This document shows positions 13,431-26,815 of a DNA stretch of 64,000 nucleotides, piece by piece; the first letter of the stretch is position 1, and each line of letters begins with the position of its first letter. A program made the translations under genes and the position numbers. The notes under the pieces were generated by a model. The model was not told the origin of the DNA and ran no database searches. It was given only the letters and a program-made list of their open reading frames with translations. The stretch comes from Octopus vulgaris. Taxonomy: Eukaryota. The stretch covers positions 25,854,001 to 25,918,000 of the forward strand of contig OX597842.1 in the NCBI GenBank assembly GCA_951406725.2. The letters are read 5' to 3'.

Positions 13431-13665
13431 GAAGGCGGCGAGCTGGCAGAATCGTTAGCATGCCGGGCGAAATGCTTAGCGGTATTTCGTCTGTCGCTAC
13501 GTTGTGAGTTCAAATTCCGCCGAGGTCGACTTTGCCTTTCATCCTTTCGGGGTCGATAAATTAAGTACCAGTTACGCACTGGGGGTCAATGGAATCGACT
13601 TAATACCTATGTCTGTCCTTGTTTGTCCCCTCTGTGTTTAGCCCCTTGTGGGTAATAAAGAAATA
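13431..13665 (+). mobile_element. SINE family A with 16-bp TSD
   Basis: TSD GGAACTGAAAATGCTA at 13415-13430 and 13666-13681. Confidence 0.9.
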
Positions 13666-14508
13666 GGAACTGAAAATGCTATGGCAAGGGTACACACAAC
13701 ACACATCATTATCATCCTCTAACATCCATTTTTCCATGCTTGTATGTGTCAGACTGAATTTGTTGAGGTAGGTCTTTTACAACCAGACGCTCTTCCAGTT
13801 GCTAACATTTGCCTGTTTCCAAGCAAGGTAATAATATTTCCCCCAAGGCCAAACATGTTTTTCACAGAAGACTGGAACTGTACAGCCCAGTTTGTGTACA
13901 ACCATCATAGCATGCCAAGGGTACAAACAAACACGTACACCATTATCATCATTTAACATCTGTTTTCCATGCTGGCATGGGTTGGACAGTTTGACCAGAG
14001 CTGGCAGATTGGAAAGTTGCACCAGATTCTACTCTGATTTGGTTTGGTTTCTTATTTCTTTCTTGCCCACAAGGAGCTAAACATAGAGGGGACAAACAAG
14101 GACAGACAAAGGGGTTAAGTCGATTACATTGACCCCAGTGCATAACTGGTGCTTAATTTATTGACCCCAAAAGGATGAAAGGCAAAGTCGACCTCAGCAG
14201 AATTTGAACTCAAAACGTAAAGACAGACAAAATACCTATTTCTTTACTGCCCACAAGAGGCTAAACACAGAGGGGACAAACAAGGACAAAGGGATTAAGT
14301 CGATTACATCGACCACATTGCATAAGTGGTACTTAATTTATTGACCCCAAAAGGATGAAAGGCAAAGTTGACCTTGGTGGAATTTGAACTCAGAACGTAA
14401 CAGCAGACAAAATACGGCTAAGCATTTCGCCCAGCGTGCTAACATTTCTGCCAGCTCACTACCTTATTTGGCTTGGTTACTATGGCTGGATGCCCATCCT
14501 AACACCAT

Positions 14509-14543
<35 letters not shown>

Positions 14544-16636
14544 TATATCTGTTTGTTGTTGGACTGCAGACATGCTGGGACATCACCTTGAAGGGTTTAG
14601 TCAAATTTACAGCAGTACTTATATTTAAGAACTCCTTTCACTAAACCACTAAGTTATGGCGATGTAAACTAACACCAGTTGTCAAGTGGTGGTGGAGGAC
14701 AAACACAAATAGATGATGGGTTTCTTTCAGTTTCCTATCAAATCTGCCCACAAGGCTTTGGTTATCCAAGGGCTATAGAAGATACTTAGCCAAGGTGCCA
14801 TGCAGTGGGACTGAACCCAGAACCATGTGGCTAACAAATACACTTCTTACTACACAGCCACAAACATTGCATATAAGAATATATATATATATATACACAC
14901 ATAGCTACACTATATATATAGATAGACAGACAGACAGACAGACAGTGTATATGAACACAGAAGGATAAAAGCTGAAAAGCTTAAATTTTTCTATAATTCA
15001 TGTTTTAATTGTTCTTGACATCTGTCTCAAAGGAATAAAAACGTATTTAAAAATACATACTGGGCATAATTCTTTAGGAGAAACACAGGTGTGACACAGA
15101 CCACAAAAACATATAGACACCCTAGTATTATTACATAACACCAGATGGCCCCATGCTGTCAAAAATGGCTGATTGTAGTATTTTATATACAAGGTACTTA
15201 ATAATCACAGATACAAATGTTCACATACTTCCTTTGTACATGCAGAGTTGAAATGCTGTTTGATTTTTCTTTTCAGCGTTGAATGTTCACCATCCCACTT
15301 TCGTTGCAAACATACACACACACTCATGCAGAGTTGAAACGCTGTTTGATTTTTTTCAATGTAGGCATAGGAGTGGCTGTGTGGTAAGTAACTTGCTTAC
15401 GAACTACATCGTTCCGGGTTCAGTCCCACTGCGTGGCACCTCAGGCAACTGTCTTCTACTATAGCCTCGGGCTGACCAAAGCCTTGTGAGTGGATTTGGC
15501 AGACGGAAATTGAAAGCAGCCTCGTATATATGTATATGTGTCTGCGTTTTTCCCCTCCAACATCACTTGACAACCGATGCTGGCGTGTTTACGTCCCTGT
15601 GACTTAGCGGTTCGGCAAAAGAGACCGATAGAATAAGTTCTAGGCTTACAAAGAATAAGTCCTGGGGTCGATTTGCTCGACTAAAGGCGGTGCTCCAGCA
15701 TGGCCACAGTCAAATGACTGAAGCAAGTAAAAGAGTAGAACTTCCATCATCCCACTACCAAGTTTGCCATCACCCCTTCCTTCCTTATTCATCCATCACC
15801 CCTTCCTTTCTCATTCAAATGTTGTGACGGAAAAATACACAAGAGTAGATGTGCCAAATTAACTTCTTTTGCGGAAATATTGACTGTATGGCACTGGTAG
15901 ATTTTAATCTGACAGAGGAAACAGAAAACAAGGTCCAGCATACTTGAGGCTCAAGCAACCAACCACAGCAAGAGATTGCCACAGTCAAAAGGTTAATGGC
16001 TTCAAATTTAAGCACAAGGCCAGCAATTTTGGAGGAGGGTAAGTCTAGTACATTGGGTTTATTCCTCAACTGGGACTTATTTTATCAACTCCGAAAAGAT
16101 GAAAAGTTGACATCAGAGGAATTTAAATTCAGAACATGGACAAAATTCCACTAAGCATTTTGCCCACCACGTTATCAGGTGCAGGAGTGGCTGTGTGGTA
16201 AGTAGCTTCCTTACGAACCATATGGTTCTGGGTTCAGTTCCACTGCATGGCACATTGGGCAAGTGTCTTCTACTATAGCCTCGGGCTGACCAAAGCCTTG
16301 TGAGTGGATTTAGTAGACGGAAACTGAAAGAAGCCCATCGTATATATGTATGTGTGTGTGTGTCCCCAACATCACTTGACAACTGATGGTGGTGTGTTTA
16401 CGTCCCCGTAACTTAGTGGTTTGGCAAAACAGACCAATACAATAAGTACAAGGCTTACAAAGAATAAGTCCTGGGGTCGATTTGCTCGACTGAAGGCAGT
16501 GCTCCAGCATGGCCGCAGTCAAATGACTGACACAAATAAGATTAAAAAAAGAGTAATTCTGTCAGCTGACTGCCTTAGTAAAGGGTTAATGAGCTATTTT
16601 ACTAATTATCTTCAAAATTAATTGAAACAAACGAAC

Positions 16637-16799
16637 AGGCGCAGGAGTGACTGTGGTAAATAGCTTGCTAACCAACCACATGGTTCCGGGTTCAGTCCCA
16701 CTGCGTGGCATCCTTGGGCAAGTGTCTTCTGTTATAGCCCCGGGCCGACCAATGCCTTGTGAGTGGATTTGGTAGACAGAAACTGAAAGAAGCCTGTCG

Positions 16800-16856
<57 letters not shown>

Positions 16857-17063
16857 TTGTGTGTCTGTGTTTGTCCCCCTAGCATTGCTTGACAACCGAT
16901 GCTGGTGTGTTTACGTCCCCATCACTTAGCGGTTCGACAAAAGAGACCGATAGAATAAGTATCGGGCTTACAAAGAATAAGTCCCGGGGTCAAGTTGCTC
17001 GACTAAAGGCGGTGCTCCAGCATGGCCACAGTCAAATGACTGAAACAAGTAAAAGAGAAAGAG
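16637..17063 (+). mobile_element. tRNA-derived SINE family B, full length, with internal (TA)/(TG)n
   Basis: A-box-like TGGCTGTGTGG in the family consensus, B box GGTTCAGTCC, core CCTTGGGCAAGTGTCTT, tail CAGCATGGCCACAGTCAAATGACTGAAACAAGTAAAAG. Other copies: + at ~2382, 9915, 15362, 16180, 40345, 40795, 63092; - at ~4675, 8908, 9310, 14560, 18900, 27345, 37020, 57175, 57590, 62790. Confidence 0.9.
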
Positions 17064-17662
17064 TCTTTCAGCAGAAATGTGGTAACAAAAAGGGTTAAAG
17101 CAATCTAAATTAAAACCTTCCATCAAAATTTCATGTTAATTTTTGTTCCAAACACCAGCTTAACCCTTTCATCATCGTTTAACATCTGTTTTCCATGCTG
17201 GGAGAAGACTGGCAAGCCAGGAAGCTGCACCAAACTCCCATCTGATCTGATGAGGTTTCTACAGCTGGATGCCCTTCCTAACGCCAACCACTCCGTGAGT
17301 GAAGTGGGTGCTTTTTTTACTTGCCACCAGCATGAGAGCCTGTCAGGCATCACTGACATCGACCATGCTCGAATGGTGCTTTTTATGTGCCACCTTTTGT
17401 CCTGAACTGCACTGCATTTGTTTCAAAACTTTGAAAATAAAGAATTTGGTAAAACATCTGTGGAGGGAACACCCAGGAAGATATGGAACAAGGTGGTGAA
17501 GAATGATCTTCAAACGTTGGACCTCATGGTGGCAATGACAAGTGATCGAGACATTTGGGCAATTCTTCGATATAGCTCAACAAGGTCGAAGCATTTCACT
17601 TTGGGTAATTCCGTGGGTTGTGGAGTATAGATATAACGAAATTATGCCAGCAATGCCTCATT

Positions 17663-17907
17663 TTAACCCTTTAGTGTTCAGATTATTCTATCAAACATAA
17701 TGCCTATTGATTCCCATTGATTTGAATTAATCATGCATTATCTCATATCTTCAAGATCTTGATGGTGTAATTACTTAATGTAGAATAACATTGTAGGGTA
17801 GGTGTGAGAGCCTGGATCTGGTCAGTTTGAACATAAAACGGATTAGCTATTTTGGCCGGATTAGCTATTTTGGCCGGATATGGCTGGTTTAAATACTAAA
17901 GGGTTAA
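17663..17907. mobile_element. piggyBac-like MITE
   Basis: TTAA-CCCTTTAGTGTT ... AATACTAAAGGG-TTAA (TIR plus TTAA TSD). A partial inverted copy follows to 18114. Confidence 0.8.
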
Positions 17908-20109
17908 ACTGATCATATCAGGCCCAAATATTCTACCTGTTTTATATTCAAATTGGCCAGATCTGGCATCTTGCACCTACCATACAATGTAATTCTGAAA
18001 ATAAAGTCACACTATCAAAATTCCAAAGCTATGAGATAATGCATGATTAATTCAAAACAATGTGAATACATAAGCATTGCATTTGGCAAATTAATCTGAA
18101 CACTAAAGGGTTAAACTTGAAGAAAAAGAAGCCTTGCACATTTGTTCTTGGCTGTTTCATGTGTGTATGAAAAATCTGCAAATTTCCAAGCAGAAAACAG
18201 AATCAAACTGTCATTTGCTTCCACGGAAATACCCGAAGCAAAGTGCTGCCAGCCTCGCCTGGCCCCCGTGCCGGTGACACGTAAAAGCACCATCCGTTTC
18301 GTGGCCGTTAGCCAGCTCTGTCTGGCCCCCATGTTGATAGCACGTAAAAGCACCATCCGTTCGTGTCCGTTGCCAGCCTCGCCTGGCCCCGTGCCGGTGA
18401 CACATAAAAGCACCATCCGTTCGTGGCCGTTTGCCAGCTGCGGGTGGCACGTAAAAAGCACCCACTACACTCACTGAGTGGTTGGCGTTAGGAAGGGCAT
18501 CCAGCCGTAGAAACACTGCCAGATCTGACTGGGCCTGATGAAGCCTTCCAGCTTCACAGACCCCAGTTGAACCGTCCAACCCATGCTAGCATGGAGAACG
18601 GACGCTAAATGATGAGTTATATCAAAAGAATGCCGACGTTTCATGATATGCAATGCTTGAGAAGACCTCTCAAGCCAAGTGAAATTGCTGTGGCAGGTGC
18701 CAGTGTTATGTAAAAAGCACCCATTACACTCTTAGAATGGTTGCCAATGCAAGAACACACACACACACACACCAACTCCACTCGCAAAGCGTCGATCAGC
18801 CCAGGGCTATAGTAGAAAGCCCTTAACCCTTTTGTTACCATATTTCTGCTGGGATGCTCTGTGTTTTTCTCTCGGTTAATTTTAAATATAACTCTCTCTC
18901 TCTCTTTTACTTGTTTCAGTCATTTGACTGTGGCCATGCTGGAGCACCACCTTTAGTCGAGCAAATCTCTTTTGCCAAACCGCTAAGTTACAGGGACGAA
19001 AACACACCAGCATCAGTTGTCAAGCGATGTTGGGAGGGCAAACACAGACACACAAATACATACATATATACGACGGGGCTTCTTTCAGTTTCCGTCTACC
19101 AAATCCACTCAGAATGTTTTGGTTGGCCCGAGGCTATAGTAGAAGACACTTGCCCAAGGTGCCACGCAGTGGGACTGAACCCAGAACCATGTGGTTGGTA
19201 AACAAGTTACTTACCACACAGCCACTCCTGCGCCTATAATACCAAAGTAACGCCGGCGAAAGTACATTCGTACACCCGTGTTTAAGGTTCTCGACAAAAA
19301 ATTTATGGTGGTGCCGCATGGCCACAGTCCAACGACTCGAACAAACATGAGAGACAAAAATTTAAAAAAAACATGAGCCTGGTAATTTTATTTCCGTTTC
19401 AAATCCGCCACTAAACTAGGACATAAGCCAACAAGGAGTGGCCAGTCACGAGATTACTATGACAATAGCTGAAACCAATTTGATGTTACACGGGGACTTA
19501 ATAAACAAGCCAACATCAATTGTCAAGAGATGGGAAACAAATACACACAACCATATATATATATAGAGTCAATAAATTAAGTACCAGTTACGCACTGGGG
19601 TCGATGTAATCGACTTTAATCCGTTTGTTTGTCCCCTCTGTGTTTAGCCCCTTGTGGGTAGTAAAGAAATACATATATATATAGAGAGAGAGATACTACA
19701 TACATATAGGTATATACACACACATGCGTAAATATACGTACATAATATATTTACACTGAAACGAAAAGCATTTCGTTTCGCTCTCCCGTTTCAGGTTTTA
19801 TATTTACTTCCATCCGAACCGTTTAGGCGTGTTAGAAAAATGAAAAAAAACCCAACGTGTTTTCCATTGTATTCCGTTATTCTGGTTTGTTCGTAATTTT
19901 TGAACAGTATCGTACAATCTATGTGGTCCCCAATGAGGGGATTGGGGCGGGGGATAGAGTTGGGGGGACATAAAATAAACGAAGTTCATTAGATCCTTTT
20001 TAAGACAAAAATTCAATCTTAATTGATAAATTACATGTCATGGCAATACAATAATGCATACATTAACTGCTTAATTGAAAAACGTTTAAAGTCCATCTGT
20101 TGTATTAAA

Positions 20110-20314
20110 CGGTCCAGATGGGGGATAAAAACAACGAACCCTTACTTCCCTTAATTTTTTTTTTATTATACACGGAAATTGAAATTTTGAAGTTGCGATT
20201 TTTGAAATTTTTTTTTCAGAATCGGAATCTCCATAGCCTAAAACGTGGGATTCCGTAAAAAAATTTAAAATTAGGTGGGTAAAGGGTTCCGTTTACATAT
20301 CCTCCATCTGGACC
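20110..20314. mobile_element. MITE-like element with ~50-bp imperfect TIRs
   Basis: GGTCCAGATGGGGGATA...GAACCCTTAC versus GTAAAGGGTTCC...TATCCTCCATCTGGACC. Confidence 0.65.
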
Positions 20315-20839
20315 CGTTAGCGGGTTAGTTTTAGGGTTACGTAGATACGTCGAGACCTCTGTATTTAAAAAGAGTACCTATATACATATAAACACATGTA
20401 ATTTTTACACGTTGGGAACAGTACAGGAAAATACAAAGGTGGGGTTAGACAGGAGTGTAAAAAAATTATTTTTTTAAATTAGAAAAATAAAAATTTTAAC
20501 AAAGAATAATTCCCCAATAATTATTATTATTTATTCCCCAATAATTATTTATTTTATTGGCCACACGGGCCCAAGACGGAGGGCAATATCAAAGAACGAA
20601 TTTACAACGCACAAAACATGTGGGGTTAACATCGATCAAAGTGAGACAATAATAATAATTTCAAATTTTGCCCCAAGTCCAGCAAAGTCGGGACACGAGA
20701 TAAATCAATTACACTGACCCCAGTACTCAACTGGTACTTATTTCATCGACCCCCGAAACGATGAAAGGCAAAGTCGACCTCGGCGAAATTTGAACTCAGA
20801 ACGTGAAGACGGACGTAATAATAAAATTGGTGTACTTAC

Positions 20840-21008
20840 GTTGGTTGCTTTGGGCGTTGGTGATCTGTAGATCGAACTCCACTGACTTGCCCAGCTTCTT
20901 CTGTTGGATAATGGCCTTCTTGAGATCGGCCAGGGATATGTGCAGCCCGTCAAAGGTGACGGTGTCATAATTGAGGCAGCTCTTGAATTTGTAGTGAACA
21001 GAAGACAT
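20840..21008 (-). CDS. RBBP6: RBBP6 (E3 ubiquitin ligase, Mpe1/SNAMA/PACT family), first coding exon, N-terminal part of the DWNN domain
   Basis: Translation MSSVHYKFKSCLNYDTVTFDGLHISLADLKKAIIQQKKLGKSVEFDLQITNAQSNQ closely matches the RBBP6 N-terminus (human MSCVHYKFSSKLNYDTVTFDGLHISLCDLKKQI...DLQITNAQ). A canonical donor C|GTAAGT starts at 20839. Exon is 169 nt, phase 1. Confidence 0.96.
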
Positions 21009-22523
21009 GGCTCAGCTTAGCCTGGCTCTGTTCCAGGTATTGGCTGGTCGGCGGCTAGGGGCCACGTGTTACCCCTTACCGGCACACACCAACCAATCAA
21101 ACCAGGCCAAACCAAACCGATTGGCCACTTCTGTCCGTTTCTTTTTTTGTTTTTCTTTTTTCTTCCTTCTTCACTCAGGTGGTAGCGAGGACGACGAGTC
21201 GGTTGTTTTTCCGTCAGGGATGAAGATGGGTTACAAAAGGGCCGACGAAGCAGGGGTAAGGGAGAAACGAAGAAGGGATTTTATTTGCTCTTCCCTCGAC
21301 CTTTGAACTTTCAATTCAGTTATAGTGGATGGTGTTACTACTGCTTCTGATGAACAAAACAATGGTTGGTCTGGATGTGGTTTGTATGGTGTATACCAAA
21401 CAGGATTTTAGTTGTACTAACAGCAACAATAATAATAATAGTCCTTGCTGTTGAAGTTTATGGTGATCATCCGCAAGCTGGTTAATAAATATGCTCTGGA
21501 GAGGTAGTAGTAGTAATAGTAGGAGCGATGGTGATGATGGTGGTGTTGCTTAAATACCTGCTTAACACAAAAAAAAACCCAACCACTCAGGAGTGGTCAA
21601 CATTAAGGCAAAGAGTGCTTTATTCCCCACCGAAAACAAAAACAGGCTGGCTGGTTGGTTTGGCGGCTCGGTCTTGGCCCTGGAGCAGCAACAGCTGTGA
21701 TGGATGGTGAGGTAGGTAGGTAGGTAGGTAGGTAGGTCGGTCGGTGCTGTTACTAGGGTGGCGGAGAACCGTGTGACGTAGATCTATATATATATATATA
21801 TCTTCTATCAGCTGACGAACGTGCTTAGCCTTGAAGCTGGTCCGATGCGATGTTGAAATGACTCTGCGGTGGTGGTCGTGGTGGTGTTGTCGCGTTACGC
21901 AATATCCGGTAGTGGAGGATCCGGGAAGCACAACGAAAACAGCAGCAGCGATCTTTACAGTTGACAAAAGTGACACCCACCACCGACAGTAGAGCGGACC
22001 GACGCTTGCAGTGGTGTTGCTGTTGGACAAAACAGCGATCTTACTCCGTCCTCGGAGCAGCTGGCCGATGCTGCAGTGGTGTTGCAGTTGACAAATCAAC
22101 GATATATTCCGTCCTCAGAGCAGCTGGCCGATGCTGCAGTAGTATTGCAGTTGAGAAGCAGCGTCGTACTCCCTCCTCGCAGCAGTAGTAGTAGTAGGAC
22201 CGAAGCTGCAAAGCTGAATTGTTTTAAAGCAGTTGGAACAAACGGACGTCTGAGGCTCAACGAACGGTGCTTATAGCAGTAGAGAAACAGCAGAGCGGAA
22301 GTAGGGGGCAGCAGCAGGAAAGCAGTAGGAGTTACAAATCCATGACTCTTTGTGTGAAGAAGGGAGGGGGGGAGGAAAGACAGTTAGATTTTCAAGTTTG
22401 AAGTAGATATAGGGAGAGTGGGGGGAGACCGTTAGGGTCGTTTATGAGATCTGGCCCTTGTAAAGGGCGTATATATTATATGTAGGTGTATGTGTGTGCG
22501 TGTAAATGTCTATATATATATTG

Positions 22524-22554
<31 letters not shown>

Positions 22555-23020
22555 ATATATTAAATGTGTCTTAATTGTCTCAGTTTATGTATGTGTGTGT
22601 GAGAAACACACACACAAGCGTGTGTCTGTATATTTGTATGGGATATGTGTGTGTGTGTGAATGTGTAATGTATGCTGTGACCTTGTGTGAAGGCTTGGGT
22701 TACAAGTTCGATCGCAAAGTTCGCCGAGTCTTAAGTCACAAATTGTATCATTTTACACTAAAATATCACGTGGAGTGCAATTCATATATATACATACATA
22801 TATATATATATGAAATTATGGCAGTTAGTGGTGTTGTTGGAATTTAAAAAAATTTTTTTTTATTTTTCAAGGGGGTGAAAATGTATATATATATATATAT
22901 ATATCCAGGCAGAGAAATCAAGACATCAACCGGTGCTTTTAGTCAGCCTTTGTTTCCAGATGGTGGTGATCAGCAAAAAACGGGAAATTTAAATATCCTT
23001 TAAATGGGTAATGGAGAAAT
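21009..23020 (-). other. RBBP6: Putative long RBBP6 5' UTR
   Basis: Strong minus-strand acceptor TTTTTTTTCTTTCCAG|ATT at 23021/23020. The region is CpG-richer, free of SINEs, and has only 3 minus-strand ATGs in 21009-22748. Internal splicing cannot be excluded. Confidence 0.5.
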
Positions 23021-23637
23021 CTGGAAAGAAAAAAAATACAATACATTTATATACATATATAAATGTATATAATACATATATACATGTATAAATATATATT
23101 GAACATGTATATTATATAAACATACGCAATGTTTTATATAGAAATGTAATATACATACATTTCCTATGCTATATATTTAAGACATAGTAATTAGTGTTAA
23201 ATGTATATATATATTATTCAAAGGAATTCCAACAATATATAAGTATATAATACATATATACATGTATAAATATATATTGAACATGTGTATTATATAAACA
23301 TACGCAATGCTTTATATATAAATGTAATATACATACATTTCCTATGCTATATATTTAAGACATAGTACTTAGTGTTAAATGTATGTATATATATATATAT
23401 ATATATATTAATATTATTCAAAGGAATTCCAACAGTTTTTTGTTTTATTTATATTCTTTATAATATTAATGTAGAATCTAGAATATATAGTATAAATAGT
23501 ATATATATAGTAAAATGAAATGAAGTATTGATTGCCTTATTGAATAGATGAAATATTGAATATCAAATATTAAGGGACTAATATACTTTCTTGCATTTAA
23601 GCAGTTTTCAAGGTCCCAGGTTGTGACAGGAATGTTT

Positions 23638-23680
<43 letters not shown>

Positions 23681-23821
23681 GGGACTTGTATACTTCTTGC
23701 ATTAAAGCAGTCTTCAAGGTCCCAGGAATGTTTCAATATATATATATATATATATATATATAAGGGACTTGTATACTTCTTGCATTAAAGCAGTCTTCAA
23801 GGTCCCAGGTTGTGACAGGAA

Positions 23822-23859
<38 letters not shown>

Positions 23860-24406
23860 CATACACACAGTAATTGCAGGTATAAATTTATTATGTATAT
23901 ATGTGTTGTGCGTGTGTAGGAATATATCTATAAAGAAATCTGCTTATTAATTAGTATCATGATAATGTAAAGTGTATATGTGTGGTTTTATGGTTACACA
24001 ATGTATGCCTAGTTTTTTTTTCACTAACAGCAACAAATGTATAATGTATACACAATTTATGTGAAAATTGTATATACAATATATTATTGTGTAATCAACC
24101 TACAAGAAATATAGTATTATATACATACAAGTATTATAAGAACACAGGTACAAAGTAATATATGCATGGATTGTATATACATATATATATATACACACTA
24201 TGTAATGAAGTAGGTATACATTAGCTTATATACACGTAGACACTGCCATAGAAATATATAATAGATTAGATATGGATTATATACACTGTGTATATAAACA
24301 GGTTCGGCATAACGAATAGAATAGAACAGTGTATATACTTTAATGTGTGACATATGTATATATATATATATATACAGACTTTATATGTATAGGTACATAG
24401 ACTGTA

Positions 24407-24446
<40 letters not shown>

Positions 24447-25589
24447 CATACACTTTTATACATTTAACATATACACACTATATATTCATACAATTTGTGT
24501 GTATATATATATATACACACGTTTATACATTTAATATATACATTTTTTACACATACAATGTGTGTGTATATATATATATATATGCACATATGCATAAACA
24601 TATTCCAATATAAATAAGCTCATACATACATATATACACACACACACACTCATATACACACACTCATATATACACATATATACACACACACTCATATATA
24701 CACACACACATATATATATATACACATATATATACACACATACATACACACACACATATATACATACACACACATATATATACATACACATATACATATA
24801 CACACACACACATATATATATACACACACATATATACACACATATATACACACACACATATATACATACACACACATATATACATACACACACATATATA
24901 TATACACACACATATATACATACACACACATATATATACACACACACATATACACACATATACATACACACACATATATACACACACACACACATATATA
25001 CATACACACACACACACACATATATACATACACACACACACACATATATACATATACATATTCATGCATATATTATGAGACATATGTTTAAAAGAGACAC
25101 CAGACACAGACACCAGACACAGAGAGAGAGAGAGAGAACAAGAAGAAGACAAAGACGGACTTTGATAGGCAAACTCTCCACCACCGACACAAAATATAGA
25201 AATCCTGTTTCGATGGACGACGACGACGACGAACAATAAAGACTCAAAACCCAGCATTTTGTTAAAACCCCGACACAAAAACTTCAAATATATTAACAAT
25301 GAGGGATTATTACAGACGGATACGAACAGAAAACAATTGTAAAACACTCATAAATAGAAGCACAACAAGATGAAATATTACCCGGATATATTTGATAGTC
25401 AAAACAGCTTTTTTCTTTGAAGTGTGTATATGGCCACCGAAAAGAGAGACAGGGTGAGGAGTATCTATAAAAATATATATTTTGTGGTGTTTTTAAAGGC
25501 AAGGGGATTGAAAATAAAGGTTAACACAGATAAAGTAAAGGTTTCCGCTTGTAATGGTAATCCTTTGACGTGTTAAAGCTGCAGATTTA

Positions 25590-25760
25590 ATGGTAGATGG
25601 CAGAGAGATTGGAATGACGGGCGCCAATGGCGCAGCTACATCTCCCCGACACTATCGCTTGTCTGCATACTTTGTTAGCGGAGCGGCGGCGGGCGCCGGC
25701 CTTTATATACGACTGCACCACGTGACGGAAACGTCACGTCGACAGCAACGTTTTGAGAAC
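25590..25760 (-). promoter_or_regulatory. Candidate RBBP6 promoter and first non-coding exon
   Basis: CpG-rich island. Minus-strand TATATAAAG at ~25708-25700, preceded by CACGTG (E-box), CGGAA (ETS core) and TGACGT (CRE half-site). A GCGCCATT YY1-like motif lies ~50 nt downstream. Possible donor CGG|GTAATA at 25381. Confidence 0.55.
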
Positions 25761-26026
25761 TCGTATCCTGAGGTTTGTCTCAGAAGTACGTTGTTCTTGG
25801 ACTTCTACCAAAATAATTTCTGTTTCTTTTTTTCCTTTTACCGTTTTACTTGCTTCAGGCATTAGGCTGCCGTCATGCTGGGGCACCGCCCTGAACATTC
25901 TTTTCTTTTAGTCAAACCAATCAACTCTCAGTACACTTTTGTTAGTTGGCTTCCTTTTGCCGAATTGCTAAGTCCCAGGGAGGTAAACAAACCAACGCCG
26001 GCTGTCAAGACACACACACACATATA

Positions 26027-26460
26027 TACAGGGTGCGTCAGAAAAGTTGCCCCAATTTCAAAGGTTAATAAAATAACAAACACCTGAAGATACAAGGAAA
26101 AACGATACTCTCCACTCCAGGCCCAGGAGGGTACTACCTGAAATAGGAAAAAAATGGCACTTAATGACCTTCATAGAAATACGAAGTTTTTTTATGTGTT
26201 TGTTTTGGAAAGACTTCCGCCCGTCCCACCACCCATTTTCTCTGAAATTTGTTTATTTTTGTAAATTTTTTTTGACAAAAATCCCCGTTTTTGGATAAGG
26301 AGGTTCTGGAAAATTACCAAAAATTGGCATTTTGAAATTCCCCTTCCCCTCAACTTCAATTTTGACTTTTTTCCCCAACACTAGCCCTAAAACTGTAACC
26401 CTAACCTTAAAACCCTAGTGAAATAAATCCACTAATTACAAAAATAGATATATTATATTT
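26027..26460 (+). mobile_element. DNA transposon relics: Tc1-like terminus and a segment with telomere-like motifs
   Basis: TA-CAGGGTGCGTCAGAAAAGTTG terminus. CCCTAA-like repeats at 26385-26418. Confidence 0.4.
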
Positions 26461-26464
26461 TTAA

Positions 26465-26815
26465 ATATCTCAGAGAGATGTGAGCAGTAGTGGTACGATA
26501 GAGTAGTTATATACTGTCAACTTAATGTGACAGTCCCATAGAGAGAATCACACCACTGCTATTTAGCCCTAGGAAGCATCAACGTTTCCTGTCAACCTTG
26601 ACACATTTCCTGTGGATTAGCTGGGTGGAGGTGCTTGTCTCCCCCTTGTAAACATAAGGACACAGAAAATTTATCAAGGCCACACAGGAAGTGTTGATGC
26701 TTCCTAGGGCTAAATAGCAGTGGTGTGATTCCCTTCATGGGACTATCACATTAAGTTGACAGCATACAACTTCTCTGTCATACCACTACTGCTCATATCT
26801 CTCTGAGATATTTAG
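26465..26815. repeat. Fold-back element with ~130-bp inverted arms
   Basis: ATATCTCAGAGAGAT...TTCCTGT is the reverse complement of ACAGGAA...ATCTCTCTGAGATAT, with about 12 mostly transition mismatches. Confidence 0.9.

Noticed and set aside
20796-20839. RBBP6 ORF extension RKYTNFIITSVFTF
   Set aside because: Intronic read-through past a perfect GTAAGT donor into a SINE.
22425-22442. CCCTAAC on the minus strand as a telomerase RNA template; telomere-like hexamers at 20316-20340 and 26385-26418
   Set aside because: Too short, with no supporting structure; the latter lie within TE relics.
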